From Negativicutes bacterium (GTDB taxonomy: Bacteria; Bacillota; Negativicutes; UBA1444): a stretch of 64,000 nt of DNA. Under the pieces are notes generated by a model. That model was given only the letters and a program-made list of their open reading frames with translations. It ran no database searches and was not told where the DNA came from. Positions 18,591-28,644 of the stretch are shown here, piece after piece. The translations under genes were made by a program, and so were the position numbers. The stretch covers positions 283,703 to 347,702 of the forward strand of contig CAXXIN010000013.1 in assembly GCA_963665275.2 (NCBI GenBank). Direction: 5' to 3'. Every line of letters begins with the position of its first letter. The stretch's first letter is position 1.

Positions 18591-19745
18591 CTACTTTTTC
18601 TCAGGGATCACATACACCGATCCGTCCATGATCCGCCGCGCCGTGCGGGAAATCGCGGCCCGCGTGATGGCCACTTTGCCGTCAGCAAGATCCGAAGCCA
18701 TTTCGATATCGATCACGCCTGCCGGATGTCCAATGCGCAACAATTTTTTCTCGCGCGGTTTGTTGATCTGTTCATACACCACCGTACCGGGGATCACCGC
18801 CGCAGAACCTGTGCACACCGTGCCGGTTCCCGCATACGTCTTGTGGATGACCTGCATGAACATCAGCCGGGAAACCACGTCGACGTCGCTGGCTTTGATG
18901 GGATTGCCTGTGGTGAAGTCGGTATAATCCTGGGGCGGACTGACGAAAGCGATCATCGGGAAAGCCGGTACAAGTTCCAGCGCCTCAGCCGGATCTTTGG
19001 CCATTCCCATAATCACCGCGGCAGCACCGCGGATGCTCTCGAGCGTCTTCAGCAGTTCGGGGTTGGAGTTGACCTGCTGCGGTGTTTCGATCCCGGTCAG
19101 GCCGAGATCTTTGGCCCGCACGAATACCATCGGATTGGCCACATCAACCAAGCTGGCTTCAATTTTGCCAAAGCCGGGGATTTCCAGAACATCGACCGGG
19201 TTTCCGGTCGGCAGCAGCTTCTTGGTTACAGCGCCAGTCGTATCCGAATAATCCAGCATGATCATCGCGCCGGTACCCGGAACTCCGTCGCACACGCAAT
19301 CCCCCAGAACCGCAGCTTTGCCGTCGACTGTCGGCACATCGGCGATAATGAGTTTTCCGGTGTTCGTGTTATGGATGCGTACGGTGGTGATGCCTTCCTG
19401 ACACCGCACCAGTCCTTCATCAATCGCGAAAGGTCCGACTGCGGAGGAAATGTTGCCGCAGTTGCCGCTGTAATCGATGTATGGTTTATTGATGCTGACC
19501 TGACCGAAGGTATAGTCGACATCGGCATCCGGGCGGGATGAAGGGCCGATGATGGCCAGTTTGCTTGTCAGAGGGTCGGCCCCGCCCAGCCCGTCGATCT
19601 GACGGACATCCGGGCTGCCGAATACTTTCAGGATCACTTTGTCGCGTGCAGCGTGATCGCGCGGCAGATCGTTTTCCATGAGAAACATTGCCTTACTCGT
19701 ACCGCCGCGCAGAATCGCGCAGCGAATTTTTTCCATTTGGGCCAT
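18591..19745 (-). CDS. mii: 3-methylitaconate isomerase (PrpF family)
   Basis: RGGTSKA, QIDGLGGADPLTSK, GNCGNI, HKTYAGTGTVC, RTARRIMDG; directly after mgm. Confidence 0.92.
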   Translation of the reverse strand: MAQMEKIRCAILRGGTSKAMFLMENDLPRDHAARDKVILKVFGSPDVRQIDGLGGADPLTSKLAIIGPSSRPDADVDYTFGQVSINKPYIDYSGNCGNISSAVGPFAIDEGLVRCQEGITTVRIHNTNTGKLIIADVPTVDGKAAVLGDCVCDGVPGTGAMIMLDYSDTTGAVTKKLLPTGNPVDVLEIPGFGKIEASLVDVANPMVFVRAKDLGLTGIETPQQVNSNPELLKTLESIRGAAAVIMGMAKDPAEALELVPAFPMIAFVSPPQDYTDFTTGNPIKASDVDVVSRLMFMQVIHKTYAGTGTVCTGSAAVIPGTVVYEQINKPREKKLLRIGHPAGVIDIEMASDLADGKVAITRAAISRTARRIMDGSVYVIPEKK

Positions 19746-19746
19746 C

Positions 19747-21588
19747 TTATTTCCCCTCCTCGACGTTCTTCTGAATCCACTCGATCACTTTTTCCGGCGG
19801 TGTGCCCGGGCCAAAGAACGCATCCACACCCAGGAACCCAGTCCCCTGGGTTTTGATTTTTTCTTCCATTGCTGCATGTTCTTCTTCCTTTTCCGCGGCG
19901 CGGCCCCCGGCAATGACCTTGATCTTGTCGCGCTGACCCAGTTGAGACAGACGGGCGCTGATACGGGGGAACAGGATCGTACCCATGCCGAGCAGATTCC
20001 CGGCGCCGATGACGTCCGCCTTGGCTTCAGCGGCAATTTCCGCAACGGTTTCCGGCAAATTCATCCCCCGCAGGAAGATGACTTCGTATCCGGCCTGCGA
20101 CATCGCTTCCTTGATGGTGTTGATCCCGACCACATGAGCGTCGGCGCCCACTGTGGCCAGCACAATCTTCGTCTTTTTGCTGACTGGTTTCGCCGAATCA
20201 ACATGTACATCTTCGGTCGTGAAGGAAACCTTTTCCTGCGGCACCTCAGCCGGTCCATAACCGACCACATACCGCTTGATTCCGTCTTTGCCGCGATGCG
20301 TCCGCACGCCGCGTTTCAGATCCCATCCACCGGCCTGCGGCGCATCCAGAACGCCTTTTTTGCCTGCCGAAACAATGTTTTCGACGAGGTCATCCAGCCC
20401 ATAGGACTGCCAGAAGGCCGGGTTGATCTCGCCGGGCGCCAGCTCTCGCCGGCCGAGCACCGAGCAGAGCACCGCCATGGCCTCGGTCAGAATTTCATTC
20501 TTTCGATAATCGATGGCCGGATCATTGATCGTCAAAGGCACAATGCTTTCAAATACGTTTTGCGACGCCCAGATGGCCTTGGCCATGGAAGCGCCGGTTG
20601 GAATGCCGACCGACTCCGCGGCTTTCGGGCGATAGAAATCCGCGCCACCGAGTTTCGCGCTCATCGCCATGCGGGCAAAATGCGCCGATTCCACTATCAG
20701 ATCAGGCGGCGGGTTTTGGAAGGTCTCAGGCACGACAATCAGCGATCCGCTCCACATGGTCTCCCGGAACGCCCGCATGGCGGCGATATCCGCGAGCAGA
20801 TTGATGCCGGCAACATTCATTTGTAACGCGCTGAGTTCGGGTGGCAATTTGGCATGTACTGCCAAACCTTCAGCCAACAGACACATGGCCAGAGCCATGC
20901 CGTCCGTGCCGCCGATGTTGTTCAGATGCTTATGCGATTCGATCTGAGCCGAGACTTTGTTTTCGGCGCAGATTTCCATCGTTTTAAAGCCATTTTTGAC
21001 TTTTGTCTTGTAGTCATGAATCCCGCGTCCACCAAAATGCACATGGATGACCGGGCCGATATCGGTGCCGTCAAAACCCGCGATCATGGCATTGATGACC
21101 GAAAGGTGAGGCGTGTCGCCGGTGGCGTTGATTCGCATGGGATGTTTGGCGCCGCCGCCCATGGCGACATATTCGCGTTCACCTGCCGGTGTGATGCCGC
21201 CTTTGCCTCGCGACTGCTCGATCAGCTCCGCTCCGTCCTTCGGGTCGATGTGACGGGTGGCTTCGGAGTGCACGAAGTGGAACAGGGTGATTCCCAGCTC
21301 TTCCGCCACCTTATACATCTCGATCGATTCTTTCATGGTCTCTTCTGCTGAGTTGCGTCCCAAGATCGGGTTCTGCACCGGTATCTTCGTACGCTTCGCC
21401 TGTTGGGACAGTTCCCAGATGCGGTGACCGCCGCGTTCGACGCCATGAACCATTCTCGGATATGGCGCGGGCAGGCCGTCCACATCGCCGTCCGGCGTTA
21501 CTTTTGGCATGGGCACGTTAAAGACCCGTTCATAGGCCTGAACTCGTTCATAATCGTCGACGATAATCTGCTTTGTGCGTTCCTGCAT
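19747..21588 (-). CDS. mgm: 2-methyleneglutarate mutase (adenosylcobalamin-dependent)
   Basis: 613 aa with C-terminal B12-binding domain ([11 protein letters not shown], DxHxxG); N-terminus MQERTKQII resembles E. barkeri Mgm as recalled; pathway context. Confidence 0.9.
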   Translation of the reverse strand: MQERTKQIIVDDYERVQAYERVFNVPMPKVTPDGDVDGLPAPYPRMVHGVERGGHRIWELSQQAKRTKIPVQNPILGRNSAEETMKESIEMYKVAEELGITLFHFVHSEATRHIDPKDGAELIEQSRGKGGITPAGEREYVAMGGGAKHPMRINATGDTPHLSVINAMIAGFDGTDIGPVIHVHFGGRGIHDYKTKVKNGFKTMEICAENKVSAQIESHKHLNNIGGTDGMALAMCLLAEGLAVHAKLPPELSALQMNVAGINLLADIAAMRAFRETMWSGSLIVVPETFQNPPPDLIVESAHFARMAMSAKLGGADFYRPKAAESVGIPTGASMAKAIWASQNVFESIVPLTINDPAIDYRKNEILTEAMAVLCSVLGRRELAPGEINPAFWQSYGLDDLVENIVSAGKKGVLDAPQAGGWDLKRGVRTHRGKDGIKRYVVGYGPAEVPQEKVSFTTEDVHVDSAKPVSKKTKIVLATVGADAHVVGINTIKEAMSQAGYEVIFLRGMNLPETVAEIAAEAKADVIGAGNLLGMGTILFPRISARLSQLGQRDKIKVIAGGRAAEKEEEHAAMEEKIKTQGTGFLGVDAFFGPGTPPEKVIEWIQKNVEEGK

Positions 21589-21592
21589 CTTT

Positions 21593-22102
21593 CTATATCT
21601 CCTTTGTTGCCAGCTGTCGGCGCACTTTGGCGATCAGACCGCCTGCCGCCAGGATGGCGATTACATTTTCTCCCGGTACGGTTCCCGTCAGGGTTTCCCC
21701 TGTCGGCAATTGAATTTGCGCGCTGCGGATATCCGCCGTGACAGACTCGCCATCTTTCACTTTGCCGACCAGGTCGGCCTGCAACACCGGCAGCCCGATA
21801 TTGATCGCATTACGGCGGAATATCCGCGCGAAGGATGTTGCGATGATCAGACCGACTCCGGCGTCCTTGAGCGCGAGCGGCGCCTGTTCGCGGCTTGAAC
21901 CGCAGCCGAAATTCGCTCCTGCGATGATAACATCCCCGGCTTTCACCTGCTTGGAAAAGTCGGCAATCTTGCTGCCGGCCATTGCATGATCTTTCAGCGC
22001 CTCACGCGGATAGACCATGGCATAGCCGGGTAAAATCTGGTCGGTGTCAATATTGTCTTCAAAATTCCAGACGCGGCCTGTGCATTTCAATTCATCAACC
22101 AT
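21593..22102 (-). CDS. dmdB: 2,3-dimethylmalate dehydratase small subunit (LeuD-like)
   Basis: [37 protein letters not shown]. Confidence 0.88.
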   Translation of the reverse strand: MVDELKCTGRVWNFEDNIDTDQILPGYAMVYPREALKDHAMAGSKIADFSKQVKAGDVIIAGANFGCGSSREQAPLALKDAGVGLIIATSFARIFRRNAINIGLPVLQADLVGKVKDGESVTADIRSAQIQLPTGETLTGTVPGENVIAILAAGGLIAKVRRQLATKEI

Positions 22103-23318
22103 GGGCCTTCACCCCTTCCAGCGGCGCAGAGGTTCCCGGTACGACGATCTTCCCGGCGACTGCGGCTTCCGCCGCCGACCGGGCCGATGCGAGGTAGATC
22201 TGCGCGGTTTTGGCGCCCATTCGTCCTGCGAAATTGCGATTGGTTGTGGATACAACGACATCGTCTGCCGTAGACAGCCCCATATGTCCGCCATAGCAGG
22301 GACCGCAGCCGGGACTGGTCACCGTGGCTCCGGCCTGGTTGAAGATGCGGGTCAGCCCCTCTTCTTCCATTTGCATCGCTACCTGACGTGAAGCAGGTAA
22401 GATGACGCAGTTGACGTCTTCATTCACCGGCGCGTGTTTGAACACGGAGGCGGCGTCACGCATATCACTGATCCGGCCATTGGTGCAGGAACCGATAATC
22501 ACCTGACTCACCGGTTTCCCGGCAAGCTCGGAGATCGGTTTCACATTTGCGGGGAAAGGCGGCGCCGCCATCAACGCCGGAATCTGCCCGACATCGATGT
22601 GATGGCTTCTGGCCACCGGCCCGACCGCGTCGGCATCTGCCAAAACGGAAAAATAACTCAGCATTGCTCCCATCTCGATGGTCATATTGCTGATCGTCAT
22701 CCTCTCGTCCTGCGAGGCTTCTCGCACCCAGCTGCCTGCGAACAGCACGGCCTGGTCGGTCAAGCCGCCGCCGCCGAACTTCCCGATTAAATATAGAATC
22801 ACATCTTTGGCGCATACGCCGGGGGCCAGCTTTCCGTCCAAAAAGACTGCCTGCACTTCGGGAACCTCAATATCGAGAGTTCCTGTAGCCATGGCCGCTG
22901 CTGCTTCTGTCGAGCCGACCCCGAAAGCCAACGCTCCATAAGCGCCTGCCGTACAAGTGTGCGAGTCCGCACCAACGACAATCGCTCCCCGCGGCAGCTG
23001 GTATCGTTCCGAAATGACCTGATGACAAACGCCTTCCCCTTCGAGGATGGGGAACCCGAATTCATGGGCAAAGGCCCGCATGTCCCGGTGGCTCTGCCTC
23101 GCCTGCACCGAAGGCGCCGGATAGACATGGTCGATGACAAAGAGAACCTTCTTCGGGTCGAACACCTTGTCGACACCGATTTCACGGTAAGGCGCCAAGG
23201 CCAGAGGGGCCGTCACATCATGTGCCATGACCAGATCTACATTGACAGTGATATCCTGCCCCGCTCCGACATTCTGCAAGCCTGCAGCAGCAGCCAGATA
23301 GCGTTCGATTTCGTTCAA
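22095..23318 (-). CDS. dmdA: 2,3-dimethylmalate dehydratase large subunit (LeuC-like)
   Basis: GVCHQ, GADSHTCT, IGSCTNGR, PGCGPCYG, STTNRNFAGRMG. Confidence 0.88.
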   Translation of the reverse strand: MNEIERYLAAAAGLQNVGAGQDITVNVDLVMAHDVTAPLALAPYREIGVDKVFDPKKVLFVIDHVYPAPSVQARQSHRDMRAFAHEFGFPILEGEGVCHQVISERYQLPRGAIVVGADSHTCTAGAYGALAFGVGSTEAAAAMATGTLDIEVPEVQAVFLDGKLAPGVCAKDVILYLIGKFGGGGLTDQAVLFAGSWVREASQDERMTISNMTIEMGAMLSYFSVLADADAVGPVARSHHIDVGQIPALMAAPPFPANVKPISELAGKPVSQVIIGSCTNGRISDMRDAASVFKHAPVNEDVNCVILPASRQVAMQMEEEGLTRIFNQAGATVTSPGCGPCYGGHMGLSTADDVVVSTTNRNFAGRMGAKTAQIYLASARSAAEAAVAGKIVVPGTSAPLEGVKAHG

Positions 23319-23330
23319 CGCTGTTTCCCC

Positions 23331-24743
23331 CTATCCGACAACTTCGATATTCAGTTTACGGGCGACCTGCAGCGCTTCTTCCAGAGACGGCGATGCACTG
23401 CGCAGCGCCAACCGGGCTCCACCACGGTTGAAGCTCTCCACCATCGAATTTTGTTCTTTGGCGTACACGGTGATGCGCTGCAGTTGTGATTCATCCACTT
23501 CCAGCATCTCGACGCTCACACCGGCGGCTTTCACCTTGTCCATAATTTCCCGGTACAACTGGGCATTGTCGGTAGATGCGCCATATACCGCAGCCATCAG
23601 AATTCCCGGAACGTTGATCCCGCGTCTGGCAAAGAGTTCCGGGTACAATTCGATTTTCACGCCGGTGACTTCGCCTTTGGCCAGGAAGTGGGCAATGCGG
23701 GCGGCGTTGGTCGGTGAACCGACGGCCTGGCTGCTGCCGCCCACCACTGCATCGCCGAACGGCTTGATGATGGAGTTGGCCTTGGCAGACAGCGCTCTGG
23801 CTTCCTGCCGGGCTGACGACTTGGTTTCGCTGATGCGGGTCGCTTCACGATCCTTGACATCGGGCGGAACGTATTCCTCCACTCCGGTATGCGTCTTGAA
23901 AAACGGCTCCATATAATGAATGACGACCGGCACGATGTATTTGGCCGAAACCGGATGCACCGCCGCTGCCATGGCAATCATTACATCAGGCGGAACGGTT
24001 ACAGGGATGGAAGTCTTGACCGCCAGATTGGCCGACTGGCAACCGATGGTCACACCGCCGCCGAGGTGGGTCGAGCATAACCCCGACACCATGACTCTTG
24101 GCGTGCAGGGATTACCGATCGTGGGTGACAAGGCCAGGACTATGGCTTTGCCGACCTGCTCCGGAGTGCCGCCAAGCATTTCGGCGACAACAGCCGCCGT
24201 AGCCGCCGCTCCTGCTCCGAAGCCTTCCATGTTGCAGCCGGTGGTCGTCTTGCCCACCCGGAAGATCGTACCGATTTTCAGCATTGATGCAACCAGCCGC
24301 GCCAGTTGTTCCTTGTCTTCGACCGTTTCTGTCAGTGCGCGCGTAAGACCGGTGAACGTGCAGGCATCGCCTGTCCCGGCGCACGGCTGCAGACCGACCG
24401 AATGGTTGCCGACCTGAGCGGCTAAGGTATAACGAAGAACTTTATCGACGAAAGGATCGCCGGAAAGCGTGATTCCGCTGGCCAGTTCCCGGCCGAGCTG
24501 CCCCATGAGGAAGCTGGCGCCGGAACTAAGTCCGATATCCAAAGCGTATAGGTTGTGACAGAATGAGTCCATCACCGCCGAGGTGACTTCTTCCCGGCTC
24601 ATTTTATTGGCGATCATCGCTTCCGCAATCGCAGTTTCACCAAAAGACCATCCCATGTCGGTTGCAACATCGATGCATTCGCCTACCGTCAGGGCTCCGA
24701 TCTCGTAGCCGCGTTCTTCCGCCAGTTTGATAAATTTATCCAT
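23331..24743 (-). CDS. hmd: 2-(hydroxymethyl)glutarate dehydratase ([4Fe-4S] serine-dehydratase-like)
   Basis: Alpha-like domain (PCAGTG, TTGC, PC..GLC) fused before beta-like domain (VVGGSSQAVGSP); between hgd and dmdA. Confidence 0.82.
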   Translation of the reverse strand: MDKFIKLAEERGYEIGALTVGECIDVATDMGWSFGETAIAEAMIANKMSREEVTSAVMDSFCHNLYALDIGLSSGASFLMGQLGRELASGITLSGDPFVDKVLRYTLAAQVGNHSVGLQPCAGTGDACTFTGLTRALTETVEDKEQLARLVASMLKIGTIFRVGKTTTGCNMEGFGAGAAATAAVVAEMLGGTPEQVGKAIVLALSPTIGNPCTPRVMVSGLCSTHLGGGVTIGCQSANLAVKTSIPVTVPPDVMIAMAAAVHPVSAKYIVPVVIHYMEPFFKTHTGVEEYVPPDVKDREATRISETKSSARQEARALSAKANSIIKPFGDAVVGGSSQAVGSPTNAARIAHFLAKGEVTGVKIELYPELFARRGINVPGILMAAVYGASTDNAQLYREIMDKVKAAGVSVEMLEVDESQLQRITVYAKEQNSMVESFNRGGARLALRSASPSLEEALQVARKLNIEVVG

Positions 24744-24779
24744 TGGTTTTCCCTCTCCCCCTGTTCGATTGGTTCTCCC

Positions 24780-25670
24780 CTACTCGCGGACTTTCACCCC
24801 TGCCAGCTCTTCCTGCATCGCCACGACGACCGAAATATCCTTACGGCCCAGGCCTTTGGCGCGCGCGGTTTCAAATACCTGCTCCGCCACATTGGTCAGC
24901 ATCAGCGGCACACCCAGTTCTTTGCCTGTCTGGGTCGCCATTTCGAGATCCTTGTATTGAAGGTCCACCGCAAATCCCGGTTCGAAATTGCCTTTCAGCA
25001 CGAAACTGGGCATCTTGGCCTCCAGCGCATAGCTTCGGCCGGAACTGACCGAAATCACATCAAACAGCACTTTGGGGTCAATTCCCGCCTTCACGCCGAG
25101 GGTCATGGCTTCCGCCACCGCCGCCATGTTGACGCCAAGCAGCAGGTTATTCACCAATTTCACGGCATCTCCGGCGCCGACCGGACCCACATGATAGATT
25201 TTTTTACCGAGCACTTCCAGGATCGGCTTGCATTTTTCCAGTGTCGTCGCTTCCGCACCGACCATGATGGTCAGACTGCCTGCGGTAGCCCCGGCGACAC
25301 CGCCGCTGACCGGCGCATCCATATACTCTACGCCGAACTTGGCTGCAGCAGCCGCGGTCTTGCGGGTGTGCTGCGGGGTAACGCTCGACATGTCGATGAT
25401 GGCCATGCCGGGCCGGCTACCTGCCAGCAGACCGGTTTCGCCGCAGACAACCGCTTCCACGATTGCTGCGTTCGGCAGCATTGTGATCACCACATCGCAG
25501 ACTGCGGCCAGGTCCTTGGGGGTAGAGGCCTGCGTCGCACCCTTGGCCGTCATTTCGGCAACGGCGGCTGCCGCTACGTCATTGACGGCAACCGGGTATC
25601 CGGCAGTCAGTAGGTTGGCCGCCATGGGTTTCCCCATGGCGCCAAGTCCGATAAATCCAATACGCAACAT
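24780..25670 (-). CDS. hgd: 2-(hydroxymethyl)glutarate dehydrogenase (beta-hydroxyacid dehydrogenase family)
   Basis: IGFIGLGAMGKPMA, DAPVSGG, GAGDAVKLVNNLLLG, FAVDLQYKDL. Confidence 0.9.
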   Translation of the reverse strand: MLRIGFIGLGAMGKPMAANLLTAGYPVAVNDVAAAAVAEMTAKGATQASTPKDLAAVCDVVITMLPNAAIVEAVVCGETGLLAGSRPGMAIIDMSSVTPQHTRKTAAAAAKFGVEYMDAPVSGGVAGATAGSLTIMVGAEATTLEKCKPILEVLGKKIYHVGPVGAGDAVKLVNNLLLGVNMAAVAEAMTLGVKAGIDPKVLFDVISVSSGRSYALEAKMPSFVLKGNFEPGFAVDLQYKDLEMATQTGKELGVPLMLTNVAEQVFETARAKGLGRKDISVVVAMQEELAGVKVRE

Positions 25671-25679
25671 AGTATCCTC

Positions 25680-26258
25680 CTACCGCAATCCGTCTTCGCC
25701 TTTGGCCTCTTCCATAGTCAATCCACCGATACGCGGCAGAGGACGTCCGGAATCAGTCACGGCGACGATCAACACGACTTCGTTGTCTCGGGGAGCATCG
25801 GCGATTCTCACTTCCATGGAATCAAAATGGGTCCGCACATAGGCGGCGTTTTTATATCCGAGGGGTACATCGAGCGCCGTTCCAGGTCCGCCGACCTTGT
25901 TGGAGGAAGGCAACAGCGCCTTGCCGCCGCCGACGTTGGCGCGAATCGGGGTGCCAAGCTTGGGATGCATCATGGCCGCAGCATGTTCAATCTCGCCATT
26001 AATGCCCACAATAGCAGCCTTGCCGTAGCTTTCCACTTTCTCCGGCGCGATTCCCAGCGCTTCCACTGCGCGTTTTGTCAGCAATTCGCCAAGCTCCACG
26101 CTTGCGTCGATGAGCGGCGTCAAATCTTCCACATATTTCCCTGCGAACGGATTGGTGATTACAGCCATTGCCGCTGCTTTCCGGGTCGGATTGGCCAGTT
26201 GGCGGCCTGCCTCCTGCCGGGTTTCTTCCACAACTGTTACTATTTTACGAATTTCCAT
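25680..26258 (-). CDS. AA_synth (DUF1185-like) family protein of unknown function
   Basis: AVITNPFAGKYVEDL, ESYGKAAIVG..GEIEH, YVRTHFDSMEV..DAPRDNE, GRPLPRIGGL. Confidence 0.82.
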   Translation of the reverse strand: MEIRKIVTVVEETRQEAGRQLANPTRKAAAMAVITNPFAGKYVEDLTPLIDASVELGELLTKRAVEALGIAPEKVESYGKAAIVGINGEIEHAAAMMHPKLGTPIRANVGGGKALLPSSNKVGGPGTALDVPLGYKNAAYVRTHFDSMEVRIADAPRDNEVVLIVAVTDSGRPLPRIGGLTMEEAKGEDGLR

Positions 26259-26282
26259 GATAAGCCCTCCTCTAAATTTTTA

Positions 26283-27116
26283 TTATGGCAAGGGAGTTAC
26301 CAGCCCTTCCGGCAGCATCACTCCCGCTTGTCCGATGAAGAGTACGCAGCCTCTGATAAGGCCCTTATCCTGCAACATTTTCGCATGTCGCCACCCATTT
26401 TCGAGCGCCGCTTGAATTGTTTCCGGCGGCAATTCACCCACATCCCGCACGACCCAGTGTCCGGCCAGATCAGTCAGAGGATCAAGCTCTTCCGCCCTTG
26501 CCATGCGAATGGATGGGTGAAGGGAGAAAGTGGCATTCCCGATGCTGGTGGCGCAGGCGTCGGCAATCGAGGCGGTTTGCGCTACTACTGTCGCCGCAGT
26601 GGCAATTCCTTTGGTGAAGCTGCGCCCACCCGACCCGCTGGTTGTCACCCCGCCGATCCCATCGGCGGAGGTGATGCGAAGCACGTGTGTCGGCGGCATC
26701 CCCAGAGTCGGTGCGATTCCTACGGTGGCAAGCTGGTCTCCCGACAGCCGTATGGCAATATCCCCGCCGTTGTTGACGATGATTTTGGCAATGCCTCTGG
26801 CAAATAGCCAGTCCGCCGTCATATCCGACACGGTCCCGGCCACCGCCGCCATCGGCGTGAGGTCTGTATCGCCCGAATTCCTGACCGCTTCGATCATCTT
26901 CTGCAAGATGACAGGGTAAGTGTCCACCGATCCGATCTCACTTTGCGGCAGCGCCGCAATCTTTTTGAATTCGGCCAGTTCGGTTACCAGCCGGGCAGCG
27001 AACATTGCCGCTTCCGTGGCGATAGCAGTATTGGCATTCTCGCCGGACACATGTATATTCATCTGGGTGGGGCCAAAATCAAGCGCCACCTTGCCCGGCC
27101 CCAATTCCCTGATCAT
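26283..27116 (-). CDS. Cytoplasmic ApbE-like (UPF0280) protein, putative flavin transferase
   Basis: TPMAAVAG, VNNGGDIA, GVTTSGSGGRSFTKGIA, ADACAT; no signal peptide; 3 nt after hnr. Confidence 0.85.
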   Translation of the reverse strand: MIRELGPGKVALDFGPTQMNIHVSGENANTAIATEAAMFAARLVTELAEFKKIAALPQSEIGSVDTYPVILQKMIEAVRNSGDTDLTPMAAVAGTVSDMTADWLFARGIAKIIVNNGGDIAIRLSGDQLATVGIAPTLGMPPTHVLRITSADGIGGVTTSGSGGRSFTKGIATAATVVAQTASIADACATSIGNATFSLHPSIRMARAEELDPLTDLAGHWVVRDVGELPPETIQAALENGWRHAKMLQDKGLIRGCVLFIGQAGVMLPEGLVTPLP

Positions 27117-27119
27117 GAG

Positions 27120-28622
27120 TTACTCGCCTTTCTTTAACGTCGAAAGGGGTTTGATGGATTCGATGTGGCCGCCAATTTCTTCATATTTCTGACGGGTCAT
27201 TGTATATTCCACCGGCGCCACCGTCGCGGGCGTCGGCACCCAAGTAAAGGCTTTGGGAGCTACTTTTTCAACATCCACCAGGAAGTTGATTCCTCCGCCA
27301 GGGAGAATATAGGTCTGCGCGCCGCCAATCGTCAGCTTCGCCTCGCCTGCATGCACTGCTCGTGAAAGCTTGATCGGATAGGTCGTCACACCGGCCCTGG
27401 CGCTGCCTCCGGTCCCGCCGACATAGACGGCCGAAACCCGAGCTTCCTCGCAATTATCAGAGATTAAATCGACAGCGGCCTGCACTTCTTTGGTCATCGG
27501 CAATTCAACGACACTGCCGTCAGCCTGCACTTCCAGCAACGCGCCTTTTTGGCCGGTGGTTTCGGTAACCAGAATTTTCATGCCCGCTTTGGCGATTTGC
27601 ATATCCACCGACTTGACGGCATCCAGCGGCTGTTCGATATGCGTGCCGCCCCAGCCATGCCCGTGTTCGCCAAAATAGCGCCCACGCGTACTTTTTCTGC
27701 CGTTGGGCACGACGCCGCTCCAAGTCATCCCGACTTCTTCCCCTGCTCGATGTTCGGACAAGAGTCCGATGACATGGTGATCGAGCACGATGGCTTCATC
27801 TACAACTTGGCACATGGTTCGTGCGAACATTCCAACGGTCGCGCTACCACAGCCGACGCGCATTTTCTTTTCCGCCACCCCGTCGATAAGGGGCGCATAG
27901 CCAACCTGCAGTTCCAACTTGCTGCCTTTTTCGACTTGCAGCGTTACCCGCTCCTCGTTCGCCAGCTCGACAATGGTTCGCGCAGCGGCAAATCCGTTCT
28001 TGCCGCTCAGAATATTGGCGCCACCGATGTAGATCATCTTCGATCCATATTCTTCGGTGTCCACCATGCCGACCAGTGCGCCGTCGCGGAATATCTTCGC
28101 GCCTTCTTCGCCGATATGATGATTGGCGTCGATCTTGACTTTGATACCGCTGTAACTAAGCGGCGCTTCGGTTACGACAGTCACCACATCGATGCCGTCG
28201 ATGGTTTCGCCGACGATATGCGGGGCCGGACGGCAACAGGGATATGCCGTCCCGGCGCCGACAGCAGTGATCAGCGGCGTATCCGGAATCGTTCGGTCCG
28301 GAGCCGTAGCCCGGGTGTTCTCCAGTACAAGTTCCCGGTTGCGCACCAATTTGCCGTTGATATTGCTATACCGCTTGCATGCGCCCTCGAATCCGGCTTT
28401 GATTTCACACTGGACCGGGCATGAACGGCAGGAAACCGCCCCGGCGGCGACTTCCGGCTCGCGGGAGATCGCCTGGAATGGGCATACCCTGACGCAAACG
28501 CCGCAACTGACGCAATTCGCCTGCACCACGGCCAGTTTGTCAATCACTTTGATGGCGCCGGCCGGGCAGCTTTTCACGCACAGAGTACAGGCTTTACATG
28601 ATTCTTTTTTGACAACGATCAT
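27120..28622 (-). CDS. hnr: 6-hydroxynicotinate reductase
   Basis: N-terminal 2x[4Fe-4S] plus CxxCPxxC..C motif, VTVVTEAPLSYSG, MRVGCGSAT, GGTGGSARAG, PGGGINF; 500 aa. Confidence 0.92.
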   Translation of the reverse strand: MIVVKKESCKACTLCVKSCPAGAIKVIDKLAVVQANCVSCGVCVRVCPFQAISREPEVAAGAVSCRSCPVQCEIKAGFEGACKRYSNINGKLVRNRELVLENTRATAPDRTIPDTPLITAVGAGTAYPCCRPAPHIVGETIDGIDVVTVVTEAPLSYSGIKVKIDANHHIGEEGAKIFRDGALVGMVDTEEYGSKMIYIGGANILSGKNGFAAARTIVELANEERVTLQVEKGSKLELQVGYAPLIDGVAEKKMRVGCGSATVGMFARTMCQVVDEAIVLDHHVIGLLSEHRAGEEVGMTWSGVVPNGRKSTRGRYFGEHGHGWGGTHIEQPLDAVKSVDMQIAKAGMKILVTETTGQKGALLEVQADGSVVELPMTKEVQAAVDLISDNCEEARVSAVYVGGTGGSARAGVTTYPIKLSRAVHAGEAKLTIGGAQTYILPGGGINFLVDVEKVAPKAFTWVPTPATVAPVEYTMTRQKYEEIGGHIESIKPLSTLKKGE

Positions 28623-28644
28623 AGATTCTTAACCTCCCGCTCGC

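Noticed and set aside
16243-19745. prpB/prpF methylcitrate cycle or glutamate mutase locus
   Set aside because: No prpC/acnD or glmS/glmE; context with mgm and dmdAB indicates dml, mii and a mutase accessory ATPase.
21593-23318. leuC/leuD (leucine biosynthesis)
   Set aside because: No leuA or leuB nearby; position between hmd and mgm fits dimethylmalate dehydratase.
19678-26807. Long plus-strand ORFs (e.g. 19678-20826, 25827-26807) opposite pathway genes
   Set aside because: Antisense shadows of GC-rich coding sequence with no motifs or RBS.
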